Shown here one piece after another: positions 47,701 to 60,674 of a stretch of DNA of 64,000 nucleotides (within the stretch, counting starts at the first letter, position 1; every line of letters starts with the position of its first letter). The stretch covers positions 12,028,001 through 12,092,000 of the forward strand of contig CATNEN010000039.1 of assembly GCA_950097015.1 (NCBI GenBank), in the 5' to 3' direction. The translations under genes were made by a program, and so were the position numbers. The DNA is from Macrostomum hystrix. Its lineage: Eukaryota; Animalia; Platyhelminthes. Under the pieces are notes generated by a model. That model saw only the letters and a program-made list of their open reading frames with translations, made no database searches and was not told the origin of the DNA.

Positions 47701-50187
47701 CCTACCCTACTCGCACTGTCCGTGTGCATATCAGCGCTGCTCGACGGCCGCCGTTCGGTCGCTTGTGTTAACACGAAATGTGCCGCAGCGTTTCTTTCGT
47801 GCACGAAACTTACCTGCTGGCTGGGCTGCAGGTGACGCAGAGCATCATCGACGACATCGGCTGGACGCGACCTGACCGCCCGCTTCGGTCTGATAAGCTC
47901 CGTATTAGCCGACGCATCTTCAGTAAGAGAGTCCTCATCCATGCTACGCTGTCTTTCATGCTGCTGCGGCTCCTGCTCCTGTTTCTGTTTCTGCTGGGGC
48001 CGCTGCGGCGAGCTGCCGCCGCTGCGGTAGCCAGACGTTGTAGTATTGCTTTGGCTCGGCTCACGGCCAGCCGCTTTGCTGGATGAGGACGCCTTTGTAA
48101 TGTTGGTAGGCCGGCTGGGCACGAGGCGAACCCGGGGAGCGGGTTGGTATTTCTTCTCGGCAGCCGGCCGCAGTCCCGGCGCCATCTTGGTCCGGTTGTA
48201 GCTCTGCCGCCTGGCGGCAGGGGGAGAGAACTGCAGACTAGTTGAATAGCCCCCGGCAGTGCCGATAGGATTTGTGCCCTGGTCTGGCAGCGTCTGCGTT
48301 GCGTGCGTCATCACAGGCTGGGCTAGATGAACCGTCACAGGCGATGTGGCCGTGGAAGCATTCGACCGGCATACTGGCGCAGCAGGTGGCGGGGAGGTTC
48401 CGCGCGTGATGCTTTGCCTGGAGCCGCGTTGGCCGAAGCTGCCTTTGCCAACATCGGCAACGTCTGCGCCGTTTAGGCTGTCATCGGATAGGGAACGGCG
48501 CAGATCTGGCTCGCTGCGCGTCAAACTGCGGGGCGTTTGGCTGGCCACGGCCTCCGAGGCGCCGGCGGCGGCTCTCTGACGCTGGCTCTGCTGTTGTCTG
48601 GCGGGACTCCGCCTTCTGGTGGGGCTAGGCGAGGCGGACAGATTGGCGGAGGAGGCGGGCGGCTGCGACTGAGCTTGGCGGAGAAGATTGTCAACACTGC
48701 CAGAGAACTGGCTGCGACTCTGAGGCGATTTGTACAACTCGCGAGCCGCCTTTAATCGGCGCATCCGCATTGGCTCGCCACTGCCGCCGGCTGATAGGGC
48801 GTCGCCGGCTGGATAGAAGGGCCGCCCCGATGCAGCACCGACCGACCTAGCTGGCTCGTAGTCTTCGTCGGTAGCCCAGGGCGGCCGGGTTCCATACAGC
48901 TGCTGCTGTTGCTGACGCTGCCTAGCGCCGCGAGACTCAACACGCGGCGGCGCGTCAATCATTCGATCGCCGCCGCTGGTGCGACGCGAGCCGGCGCCTC
49001 GGTGGCTAGCTGAGCCGGTGCAGCTATGCACGGGGTAGTTTTTTGGCGAAATCGGACTGCGGCCTGGCACCACTTGGCGACTCCGATGACCAGCAGGCAG
49101 GCTAGTGACGGAGCGAGATTTAGTCTTAGAAAGCTCGCCGTCAGTTGGCAATGCTGCCGACGGCTTTGGCTTCCTCGCTGCAGACTGCGACGTTGGGGTC
49201 GTCGGCTGCGGCCTGACCTCGGCGGCCAGATTCGGCGTCGACTTGGCCAGCTGGGAGGCCCTGGCGCCGGAGGAGATGGGCATGCCTGAGGATGCACGGA
49301 GCTGGTGAAAGGGTGTCGGCTGTCTTAGCCGAGATTTTCGCAGTGTAACTGTGCCTCCAGGCTCGACGCTGCCGAGCTGCGGTTCGGTTCGCACGGTGTA
49401 GGTTGCTGCGGAAGCTAGACTGGCGGAGTCCTCCTCAGATAGTTTATCTGTCGAGGCAGCCGACTGTCTCTGCAAAGCGCATTAGCCGCGGCTAAAGTAC
49501 ACAATTTAACGTACTAATCAGCCTTTTCAATCGAATTTAAAACAGCCGACACCGTAGGAGCCTTGAATTTCGCAAAAATAACTTACACCGAGTGGAACAA
49601 AAGGCGAAACCACACCAAGGTGTCTTAATGTCCACAAACACAACGGAGATAGACTTCTTAAATCAAGCGCGAGGCAGCACACCGAGGCAATCGAGAGAAG
49701 TTACTTTGAATTTCGCGAGTGCTGGCTACGAGAGAGAAAAAATCGTCTGATACAAACAACCAGATACCGAGGAATTGGAATTTCATTGGAAAACAGCTGC
49801 AGTTATCAACTGTGTATTCATATCTGTGTGCATTATGTCCAAGGCTTATTAACAACAATGTAGCTTGGGGCTCCGTTTAGCAGCAAACGCAAATAAAAAG
49901 CGCGGTCGTGACAAACAGCACGGCCTGTCCAGTACACATTATCTATCGGTACTGGACATGCTATTTTAGTCCATAACGTAGCTATAACTTTCGCAATTTA
50001 ATAGATAGTTTCGATGGCAAAGCCCTATCTTCCAAGCTCTAAATCGGTACGTAGGGATACACGATACATACTCGTAACTGTTGGGTAGGAAACTTATCAA
50101 AGCCAGAACCGTTTATATCACATTTTATTTTACCTTGGCAACAACGGCTTTTGTCAACGAGTCGAATGGGCGATAGACGCCAGCAAC
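44712..50187 (-). CDS. Uncharacterised low-complexity (S/P/Q/R-rich) protein; 5' end unresolved
   Basis: Phase-0 exons 50187-50134, 49469-46314 (most of the 1065-aa ORF) and 44960-44712 (stop followed directly by AATAAA); no recognisable domain. Confidence 0.7.
45230..45470 (-). mobile_element. Possible DIRS-like terminal repeat
   Basis: Pyrimidine-rich LTR-like stretch ending GCGCATTTATGACTCACCG; resemblance only. Confidence 0.25.
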
Positions 50188-51566
50188 CTATGGTAAATAA
50201 GGTTAGCTAAAATTTTAGCTCATGATAAAAAACTTTCTCCGCATTTTAGTTAGTTAGTCCGGCAGGCTATTGAATGTGTTGATTGTGCAAGATACTCTCA
50301 GATACTTATATAACAGAGCAGACGAGATTCAGAGGAAATCAGACAATATAAGGATTACAAATTTCACCAACGGTGCACTTTAGTAAAATGTATTATTGGC
50401 CAGTTTTACCGGTTCTAAAGAAAGAAGACATTTATTCTTAAGTCAACGACAGTGGTGTAAAAAACATTAAATATTTAGTGCAAGTTGTAAAGAAACACGT
50501 TTATGATTTAATAATAACTCAGAAAGAGGTAAATTGAATGTACAAACTAGCCGATGAAAACAGGTAATAGTTTTAACAAATGTGCCAGCTTAAAGTGCAA
50601 CAAAGACGGAATGCTGGTGACGAAAATTATAAATACAAGAAAATGAATGACAGGTGCCGCTGTGACTGAAAAACTTACAGACAATGCGCTTGCTTAGACG
50701 CAACAATTGTGCTCGATGTGACAAGGTGTTTCGCAATAGCTAACAGGTGAATTGAACGCCGTTCAGATATAATAGCCAGACTATATGCGGGTTCGCGGGC
50801 GAGAAATATTGATCGAGTTTTAATTAAAATCTATATCTAGGCATCCTAAATGAGCCCCGAATTTCTTTACCAACAAACACAGCAAGCGGTTTTAGGTTTT
50901 AAAAGAAGCAATGCATTTATAGCTAAGCTGTGTTGCATACTCACCAGCACTCCAAGTGTAAGCCAGGAACAACGCCCCTAGTTGCGTCTACCCTAGTCCC
51001 CTTAGCCAACAAATTGTCAGATAGCGTAGAGCAATGAGAAGTGAAATGAGGAGTGAAAAGGGCTTTTTCCCTTCGACTGACTTCTTGGGAAGGGGTGGGT
51101 ACAGTTGAAACAGTAGCAAAAATGCCGATTTGCGCACAGCTATACTCAGTTGTTGAGTTCTATTTTTTTAACAGTTTGGGACCTTCTCCCGATAGTAGCA
51201 TTCGCTAAAGAAAAAATATGTTTGCGGTAGGAGCATTGTGCGCACAAGAAACTGCTAGCACGAAATTCTGTAGAAGCAGCAAAGGAAAGAGAAAGCATTC
51301 AACAGACAAAGTGCAGTTAAACAGCTTATCTGTGGCATCGAAAATAGCTCGATTGATTTGTCTTAGGAGAAAGAATTTTGCTTAGCTAAAATTACAATCA
51401 AATACTCAGTCCGTTCTGGTCTCTAGAACATTTAAAATGCAAGAACCAGCACAACCATGTATAATAATATGGAAAAATAATAGCTAGATGTAGCTCCTCA
51501 AAGTATAATAATCATAATTTATGCTGGAAGGCGTGGGAATAAAGTTTACCGAAGCTAAGTTTCTAG

Positions 51567-51991
51567 ACCCTGTAAAAAATGCAGCTGCTTCTTCGGCGGG
51601 TTTTTTGTGCAAAATAGGAGTGGAATCTACCAAAATCCCCCTATCTCGCAAGAGTTAAAGAAACCACCCAGGAAGCAGCCGATGTAACCGTAAATTGTGC
51701 GGAAACAGCCGAAGAATCACTTGAACCAGTGGCCCATGGGACAACCAAAGAATTATTTACGGGCGATTCCTCGGCGGTTTCTGAGCGTGGAATCTTCCGA
51801 ACTGGAGGATTCTTTGGGTGATTCCATTTCGCCACCAAGAAGCACCGAGAAAACGCCCAGTTGGGTAGATTCTAAGCATGGAATCATCCGATTGGTATGT
51901 TTCTAGCGTTCGGCTGTTTCTTTTTCTGGAAACACCACATATTCATTCCAACTGGAATCACCCAAAGAAACATCCCTATTTTTTAGCGGGG
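51567..51991. mobile_element. Possible non-autonomous DNA element with GGAATC subterminal repeats
   Basis: Ends CCCTGTAAAAAAT / ATTTTTTAGCGGG; many GGAATCNNCC motifs in both orientations. Confidence 0.3.
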
Positions 51992-53091
51992 ATCTGTGTT
52001 GTATATCTTCAAAGCACTTGTCAAATATAGGATGTGTTGTGCATGCATGTCACAGTGTACACGTGTGTTTTATGAAGTGGAAAAGTAGCTAATTCTGATT
52101 TTCCCTCTCCCCGATCAAGTAGAAGCAGATCAACATTTGGCTGGGGGAGGGGAGGCAAAAAACAAGTAGGACCACCATTAACAACACAAGAAGGACTAAA
52201 AAATGACAGTAGCTATGCCTTAGATTTCATACAGTTAAATAAACAGGACAGTAAAGTTTTGGGACTCACATTTAAGTTGATCTCGGACACATTTGCCATA
52301 GGATTGGCTTCATTGTCTAAATCCAACAAACTGTCCACTGTGGCCATTGCTGGAAAATTCAAATTAATCAAATTTAAAACTTCAATTACAAACACATACA
52401 ATGTACTGTTAATGCCTTGCTTTAATAGCTATGGAAAAATAATCACAATCATAAAGCTGTTATAATATGTTATAATATGACCAATAAAAATTTAGAGGAA
52501 TAAGTAAGAAAAGTCACTTTGACTTATTGACTTTAGGCAGATGAAGCCAATAGATTTCAAATATACACAAAATTGTAATGATTGATAAGATTTTCAGCAC
52601 CCTATGAGCTTATCTCATCTAATAGGCATTTTAACTGAACGTATTTGGCAGAAAAGTATAGGCAGAAAAGTAAAAAAAAAATAAATAATTTGTTAATTGT
52701 GTCATCTATACACACTATAATACTCTTTGAAAAAAAAAATAACTCCTCAAAAAAGCAAGACATGGTCTGCAGACTTAACTTTTTCCTGTTGGGATTATTG
52801 ATAAGATCAACAAAAACAAATTATACTATCAAACAAACACTATTTTACAATCTGCTTTTAGAAAGACTTGTAGTTAACTACAAATTCCTTCAGTTCACTT
52901 AGCTGTTATATAGACATTAGCTTCAGCTACGAAGCTAATTGAAGGTGGGCCACTATAGGCTTGTAGGCCTATATAAATGGATAGGAAAGCTACATTTCTA
53001 GTCATCAGTGTGGATAAGCTTTCTATTATTATCATAGCTAGTATAGTTTTATTTGTTTATCTATCTAATTATCTATATCTATATGTTTTAT

Positions 53092-53663
53092 GGCAGAGCT
53101 TATTCCCATGGTCCCGTGCCGATAATTTCAATTTTATCCACACGGTTCTGTTCTTTGAAACGAGGCCCTTTCAGGTTTGAACGTTTTGTTGAACCATCGA
53201 GCCAATAGATCGACAAAGTTGCCAGTGTGTTACGACAGTGTTCTACATTTCGACCTACACATTCATTAACCGACATTAATGTCATCCTGTTTAATTATTT
53301 TAATAACAACTTACTAAATATTTTGTCATCGTTACGTGTTTTCATTCGAATTGTATTGACTTAAAAAGTAAAAAGTCTATCAAAGAAAATCATACGAGTC
53401 AAACAGCAGAATTCTAGTCAGCACCAAACTCGTCACACATATTATACATCGTTGTTACTATTTTACATTACGCATTGATAGTGTACACTATACACTATAC
53501 TCTGACAAAGCAAAAGCCTTATGCTCAGAGAAGAATAGGTAGGGACTTGAAAGTAGACCTATTCATACAAGCTGACCGTGTGGATAAGCAGAAAATTATC
53601 GGCATGGATCCATGTGGATAAAATTGAAATTATCGGCACGGGACCATGGGAATAAGCACTTCC
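53092..53663. mobile_element. Mutator-like MITE
   Basis: ~50-bp TIR (GCTTATTCCCATGGTCCCGTGCCGATAATTTCAATTTTATCCACA is a perfect match), GG...CC ends, 9-bp TSD ATGTTTTAT (53083-53091 / 53664-53672). Confidence 0.9.
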
Positions 53664-55569
53664 ATGTTTTATTTATATTTTTATCATCTCTAACAATTAC
53701 TTCAAGAACCAATACACAGTGAGTAGCTTATGATTTCCTAAATTAATTATAAAATTATTTCATAAAATATTACCACAATTGCTAGAATTAATACAAATTT
53801 AGTAGTTTTATATAAAAAAAGAAAAATGCTAAACATAAAATACATGATCATGATGTACATGCTTTAACTAGCCTACTGTAAGTCCAATTAGTACTCACTA
53901 TTTAAAACTTCAATTACAAACACATACAATGTACTGTTAATGCCTTGCTTTAATAGCTATGGAAAAATAAAGCGGAATAAAACGGAAGATTTACTAGGCC
54001 TAGAAATAGATTTAGAAGCTACATAAAGTTGATTACAGCTGAATAAAAATACCATGTGCAGTTAAAAAGCAGTTAATATAATTGCTATTCCTTGAATATC
54101 TATGTATAACAACATATATGGTATTGCTCAGTAACCCAAGATCAGGGCTTAAGATAATAACAACAAAAAAATTAACTACAAATTTGTAGTTAACTAGGCC
54201 TACAAATTCCTTCAGTTCACTTAGCTGTTATATAGACATTAGCTTCAGCTACATGTTAACATCTATATGTCTATATAACAAATAAAAAAAAGTTAAAAAT
54301 CTCATCAAAAACTTTAATAATCACATATTGTTACATTTTTTACAATTCACAAGAACACTAAAAAGGTATTAATATGCTTAATGAATATGTAGAGAGATAA
54401 GGGTAAGAGAGAGTTGAATTAAATTTAAAAAATTCACTTGGAAGCAAATAGCCTACTCCACTGCAAAAAAGAAAGATTCTTCCAATGGCAGTTTTGCATA
54501 GTATAGTAAGTCATTTGGCTCAGATGAATATACTTAATAGGCCCGATATTGTCGGATTCATTTGAATCAAACTGTTTTATACGTCAAGATTCTTTATATC
54601 CTGCAAAGTTTACCGGAGATTCGTGCTGCTAAAAAATTAAATTCTTTTTCGTTAAAGTTTACAGATTAGAACAAAACTTAATATATTTGCTTCTAAGGAT
54701 GCTGACATTCAAGTCTGAATTTTAAGGTCTCCTTGAAACAGTTTAAGGTACGTATTGATGTTAACCCTGTACAGATAATCATTACTAGTAAAAAGCGAAA
54801 ACATGTATATTAACGACGTGTTTGTTCGCTGCTCTTCCATGCATGTGACAGTGAAAAGCAATCAGAAAAATAGAATATCATCTTTAGTATATTGTCATAA
54901 AGAAAAGATAAGATACAGTATTTTGACATTTGACCTTAAAAGACCATGACCTTTTCGCCCGGCGGGCAGAAAGTCTTTAATAATTAATGGCCATAGATTA
55001 ATAATTAGTGCTCACTAGAAAATGGCCACGACGAGTAGAAATAGCTAACTGAGGCAAAATGTCTATGGCACAATAAATTGATACCCATGCTTTGTAGGCG
55101 TTAATAGTGAGAAGATTTAAAGTTTGGAGGCCTCGACAGAAGCAGGAAGGGCGAGGTGATGGCGCGGTTGAGGAAGGGGAAAACAGCAAAAATCGCGGCG
55201 AAAAGGAACGACGGGAAGGCGGAAAGAGGAACAGAAGATGGCATATGGGTGGCCGGCCGAGGCGCAGAACTGTGTACCGAGGAGCTCAGTGTTCAGCTCC
55301 AAAGAGAGCTGGTTGCACGATCGTAGTGGAAGTGCTCGAACTGAGTGCCGCTTTAATTTGGTAGCCGGTGATGTGGCGTGATGTGGTGTGCAAAGAACCA
55401 CCAATAACTCGCATCGTACGAAGTAAAAATTGTAATACGAGGTCTCGTACGTCGCGCGGACCTGGCTAAATCTCGTCGCAGGCTCCCGATTTCGGCAGTC
55501 GGCACCGGCAAGGTGCACCGAGTTCGTATGCTATCCCGACGCGGCTGGGAGCGCTGACGCCATTCCAGC

Positions 55570-55720
55570 ACTCACCCCTGGCAAGGCTGTATCTGGCCCA
55601 CTGGCTGACTCACGGCTACGCCGATGATATCGCAAGGTGTACCAAAGGCAGTGACCTACGCGAGCTGCTAGCGCTGATCAAGCAGGCCATCCAACGGATC
55701 GGGTTTGGGCTTGCGACATG
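55570..55720 (+). mobile_element. Small non-LTR RT fragment
   Basis: LTHGYADDIA...LRELLALIKQAIQRI. Confidence 0.45.
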
Positions 55721-55855
55721 AGCACTGATCTCAAATAATCCAGAAGCGAAAGCTGCCACTTTAACAGAGATTGAGCTGTGATCATGATCGCACCCTTTAT
55801 CTCTCGCTGCTTGGCCGCCCTAACAGGCAAGAACTGATGGAGGAGAGCATAAAAT

Positions 55856-56082
55856 ACCTGTGCGAGTGCTCAGTCATCTTACAGATGGAGGAAGAGAGCT
55901 TGAGCACCTGTGCGAGAGCTCAATCATCTTACAGATGGAGGAAGAGAGCTTGAACACCTGTGCGAGTGCTCAATCATCTTACAGATGGAGGAAGAGAGCT
56001 TGAACACCTGTGCGAGTGCTCAATCATCTTACAGATGGAGGAAGAGAGCTTGAGCACCTGTACGAGTGCCCAGTCATCTTAC
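55856..56082. repeat. 50-bp minisatellite, ~4.5 copies
   Basis: ACCTGTGCGAGTGCTCAATCATCTTACAGATGGAGGAAGAGAGCTTGARC. Confidence 0.9.
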
Positions 56083-56390
56083 GGATTAAACAGCCGAGTT
56101 AACATGCACGTAAATATATTTTATAGTATATTTCACAGTAAATTTTCACGTGTCCTGAAAATCAATCATAAATTAAGGAATTGAGAATCTGCATATATAT
56201 ATTATAATCAGAGAGCAATTATATATTGGCGACATTCTAAACTTGAGATGAGAAATTAAAAAACATTTTAATAATCTGCAAAAAAAACTCGTCAGTTTTT
56301 GCTTAAATGGTAAATCCGCGTTTGAGTTGTCGTTTCTAATTATATCAACAAGGATGACAGCCAGCTACTGCTGCAACACTTATATTCACT

Positions 56391-59344
56391 TCACTTCTTC
56401 GGGGGAGCCTTGCTTCCGTAAAGAATGCGGTTCATCTGGGCGTTCTGCTCGTCCATCTTAGCGTTAGTCCGGTCAGTCTTGACCGACATTCGCTCCAGCT
56501 GGCCGTTCTGCCTGTCGATTTCACCGCCGAGGCCCATGGCCAACTGCTTCAGCCGGCCCATGCCTTGCTCCATCTCGCCCAGGTTTTCGCTGAAGGCTTT
56601 ATCGTAGGTCGTCTGTGGCTGCTGCTGCTGCTGCTGCTGCTGATAGCCTGTAGCTCCGGCAGCGGGTGCGCCAAAGCCGAAAGCGGGCTCCTTCGATAAC
56701 AATAGAGATTGACAAAAGGTTGAAATTGGCAACCAGTTTCTCAACTGGGGAACCAGTTCCTGAACCAACTAGGGAACCAGTTCCTGAACCAGCTACGGAA
56801 CAGTTCCTGAACCAACTAGGGAACCAGTTCCTGAACCAACTAGGGAACCAATTCCTGAACCAGCTGGGTAACCAGTTCCTGAACCAACTAGGGAACCAGT
56901 TCCTGAACCAACTAGGGAACCAGTTCCTGAACCAGCTACGGAACAGTTCCTGAACCAGCTACGGAACAGTTCCTGAACCAACTAGGGAACCAGTTCCTGA
57001 ACCAGCTACGGAACAGTTCCTGAACCAACTAGGGAACCAGTTCCTGAACCAGCTACGGAACAGTTCCTGAACCAACTAGGGAACCAGTTCCTGAACCAAC
57101 TAGGGAACCAATTCCTGAACCAACTAGGGAACCAGTTCCTGAACCAACTAGGGAACCAGTTCCTGAACCAACTAGGGAACCAGTTCCTGAACCAACTAGG
57201 GAACCAGTTCCTGAACCAGCTGGGGAACCAGTTCCTGAACCAACTAGGGAACCAATTCCTGAACCAGCTGGGTAACCAGTTCCTGAACCAGCTACGGAAC
57301 AGTTCCTGAACCAACTAGGGAACCAGTTCCTGAACCAGCTACGGAACAGTTCCTGAACCAACTAGGGAACCAGTTCCTGAACCAGCTACGGAACAGTTCC
57401 TGAACCAACTAGGGAACCAGTTCCTGAACCAACTAGGGAACCAGTTCCTGAACCAACTAGGGAACCAATTCCTGAACCAACTAGGGAACCAGTTCCTGAA
57501 CCAACTAGGGAACCAATTCCTGAACCAGCTGGGTAACCAGTTCCTGAACCAGCTACGGAACAGTTCCTGAACCAACTAGGGAACCAGGTAAAACTTGGTA
57601 ACCAGCTGTGAAGGCAGGCTCACCTGAGTGGCAACCCTCCTGGCTTCAGCGGTAGAGCTGATAGCCATTGCCTTGTCAAGGCTAGCCCCAGCCGGCTCGT
57701 ACTGCTGGCCGGCCTGGGGTCCGCGCTTCTTAGCCGAGTCACCGCGGAACCAATTCTTGACTCCGCCGAACATTGAGCTCAGACTGTTGATGTGCCGCTG
57801 TGACTCCTTCTGAACAGCATCGATGTGGTCGAGTTTCTCCTCTGTGCGATTCAGCACTTCGCCCTGCCTCACCAGCTCCTGGGCGGTGTCCACTCCAATG
57901 CGCTCGCTGCTGAACATCGACTGTAGAGCGCGTCGCTGCGTCTCCAGTTGACGATCTTGAGAGGCCTGGTAAAAAAACAGTTTGAGCAGCAGCTAATTAT
58001 ATGACGAGGCAGATAATAGTTTTACTCATACCGTGTCTCAGCTCACAAACGCACGCGGATACTGAACGCAGGCACACACTCACACAGGGGTGCAAATTTG
58101 CCCAAACCGAATGACCGATTTTATGTGAATGTCCGAAACATGGATAACAATTTTCCGCTCTTAACGATGAACCAATTTTTAAAGTATCGTCGAGATAATC
58201 AGCGATTCTTGTCGAAGATCCTGGTGACAAGGACTGGTAAGGGGGCGAGTGGGTCAGCGGCTAACGTCGCTGCCTCGCACTCCAAAGGACGCTAGTTCGA
58301 TTCTCCCTTCAAGTCACGATTAATTTCGGGACTTGTTGGGGAGTTTGGACAGTAGCGACCGGCGGAGGTGCACCATATTTCGTGCAATCAAAGCTTGAAA
58401 TAATAGCTTCGCTCCTACCTTCTGTGTGCCTGTTCTGCGTTGTGTGAGTTGTGTGCGTTGGCACTGGGGCGTGAGACATTGCGGGGGTGGCTGGAGGGCG
58501 GGTGTACACCGCCGCGCGCTTTCTGGACTTCCGTCAGCGCGATTGGATAAGTGTACACTCATCACCCGGCCCCCCCTGAGGACTGATTTCTTATCAGCCT
58601 TCCGCCCCGGCTTGGTCTGCTATGTGCGTGTGGGGCTGGGGTGGGGGACACTGCTGCCTATTCTGGGTGCCTCCTGCCCACCCCGGCTGGTCTGTGCTGC
58701 TGTGTGTGGTGCCTGCTCAGGGGAGGCGGCGCGATGGGCGCTAAGCGCCTAGTTTGCCGGTCTGGGGGCGTGCCGCTCCGTCGCTTGTGCGACAAGTGCC
58801 CCGGGCCCCCTGCAAATAGATAGAGATAGAGACAAGGACTGGTCCAAGTTATCCATACAAAATCCAAGTTAACAATAATAGCCGACATGGTTACATGATG
58901 ACATTTTGTGAACAGAAAAATTATGCCTTTTTGGTGGTTTTTGTCAGCAGATACCCTCGACGTTGAATATCTCGACGATGCAGATGTCTTGTGATCCTGA
59001 AGGTGTTTCATCGGATAGAGCGGAAAATTTGAGCCCGTGTTCTGGATTTCATGGCGATTGGTTGAGCATTTTAGGAGATGCAGAAAAAAAGAATAAATTT
59101 AAATTCAATCGGCCTTGCCGCGGATTCGAGCTTAGGAACCTCGGTGCGAGAATGGGACGGGGCAACTGACCTGTATCTGATGCTGCATCGTTGGCCGACC
59201 GTCATAGCCGCCAGGGTTGTAGGAGGAGAAGTTGCTCGCTTGCCGATCCTGCCCAGTCTCGAATGGGTTCTTACTGCCGCCGCCGCCGCCGCCGCCGAAT
59301 GGGTTCTTGTCCTCAGTGTAGAATGGGTTTCTACTGTCGGACAT
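56391..59344 (-). CDS. SNAP29: Synaptosomal-associated protein 29 (Qbc-SNARE)
   Basis: Exons 59344-59171 (three NPF motifs), 57965-57624 ([24 protein letters not shown]...[10 protein letters not shown]), 56690-56391 ([21 protein letters not shown]); no palmitoylation Cys cluster. Confidence 0.9.
56745..57587. repeat. 24-bp (2x12) minisatellite GAACCAGTTCCTGAACCAACTAGG filling SNAP29 intron 2
   Basis: Direct inspection. Confidence 0.95.
58100..59095 (-). mobile_element. MITE A body (TIRs eroded) in SNAP29 intron 1
   Basis: Reverse complement of 5700-6170 segments, e.g. CCTGGTGACAAGGA and TTCATCGGATAGAGCGGAAAA. Confidence 0.65.
58239..58830 (+). mobile_element. SINE family 3 with 13-bp TSD
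   Basis: TSD GACAAGGACTGGT (58226-58238 / 58831-58843); homologous to 18692-19156. Confidence 0.85.
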
Positions 59345-59884
59345 TGCTTAGAAATCAAATACTGGCTGAAAAATTAGTGTCGAATCAGACGCCAATTTTT
59401 TTTGGGCGAAAGAAATTTGAAAAATAAACTCTGAAGAGGGACAGAATGAGCGGACTTGCTTTGTTAATTCTCAAATCTAGCCTGTACAGGGGTACAATGT
59501 AACGGCTGTACGTTTGAACTGCATTTGAGTTTATTCTAAAAATAGCCCCTGCCTGCACGTAAGAGCTCACGGCACAGTGTGTCATGAGGTGAGTCACAAA
59601 ATCTACGAGTAATATTAAAACAACAAGCCCTAACTAAGCCCTACATTTCGAGCCCTGCACGAGATGCGAACTCGCGACGACTTTCTGGTTTTGCACAGAG
59701 TTGCAATAAAAAAAAACTATCGAAAAACACGTCAATTCACAATGGTATATTTAAAAAAACATCTCCCACATAAAATGCTAACAGATCCCCGGCAACACAT
59801 TCTGCAAAAGTGAAAAATTCAACACATGTCAACCAGCAATTATGGCACACGTAGCACTTCAGTGAAAGATAAAAATATAGTAAA

Positions 59885-60650
59885 ACACTGTCCACTAGAC
59901 ATTTCTCAAACTGTCCACTAGACATTTCTCAAACTGTCCACAATACATTTCTCAAACTGTACACTAGATATACATTTCTCAAACTGTCCACTAGACATTT
60001 CTCAAACTGTCCACTAGACATTTCTCAAACTGTCCACTAGACATTTCTCAAACTGTCCACAATACATTTCTCAAACTGTCCACTAGACATTTCTCAAACT
60101 GTCCACTAGACATTTCTCAAACTGTCCACAAGACATTTCTCAAACTGTCCACAAGACATTTCTCAAACTGTCCACAAGACATTTTTTAAAACTGTCCACA
60201 ATACATTTCTCAAACTGTCCACAATACATTTCTCAAACTGTCCACAATACATTTCTCAAACTGTCCACAAGACATTTCTCAAACTGTCCACAATACATTT
60301 CTCAAACTGTCCACTAGACATTTCTCAAACTGTACACTAGACATTTCTCAAACTGTCCACTAGACATTTCTCAAACTGTCCACTAGACATTTCTCAAACT
60401 GTCCACAATACATTTCTCAAACTATCCACAAGATATACATTTCTCAAACTGTCCACTAGATATACATTTCTCAAACTGTCCACTAGACATTTCTCAAACT
60501 GTCCACAATACATTTCTCAAACTGTCCACAAGACATTTCTCAAACTGTCCACAAGACATTTCTCAAACTGTCCACAAGACATTTCTCAAACTGTCCACAA
60601 GACATTTCTCAAACTGTCCACAAGACATTTCTCAAACTGTCCACTAGATA
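59885..60650. repeat. 23-bp minisatellite ACTGTCCACTAGACATTTCTCAA, ~33 copies
   Basis: Direct inspection; begins ~25 nt downstream of the DHPS stop. Confidence 0.95.
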
Positions 60651-60674
60651 TTATCAGACTGATCAGCTCAGGCA

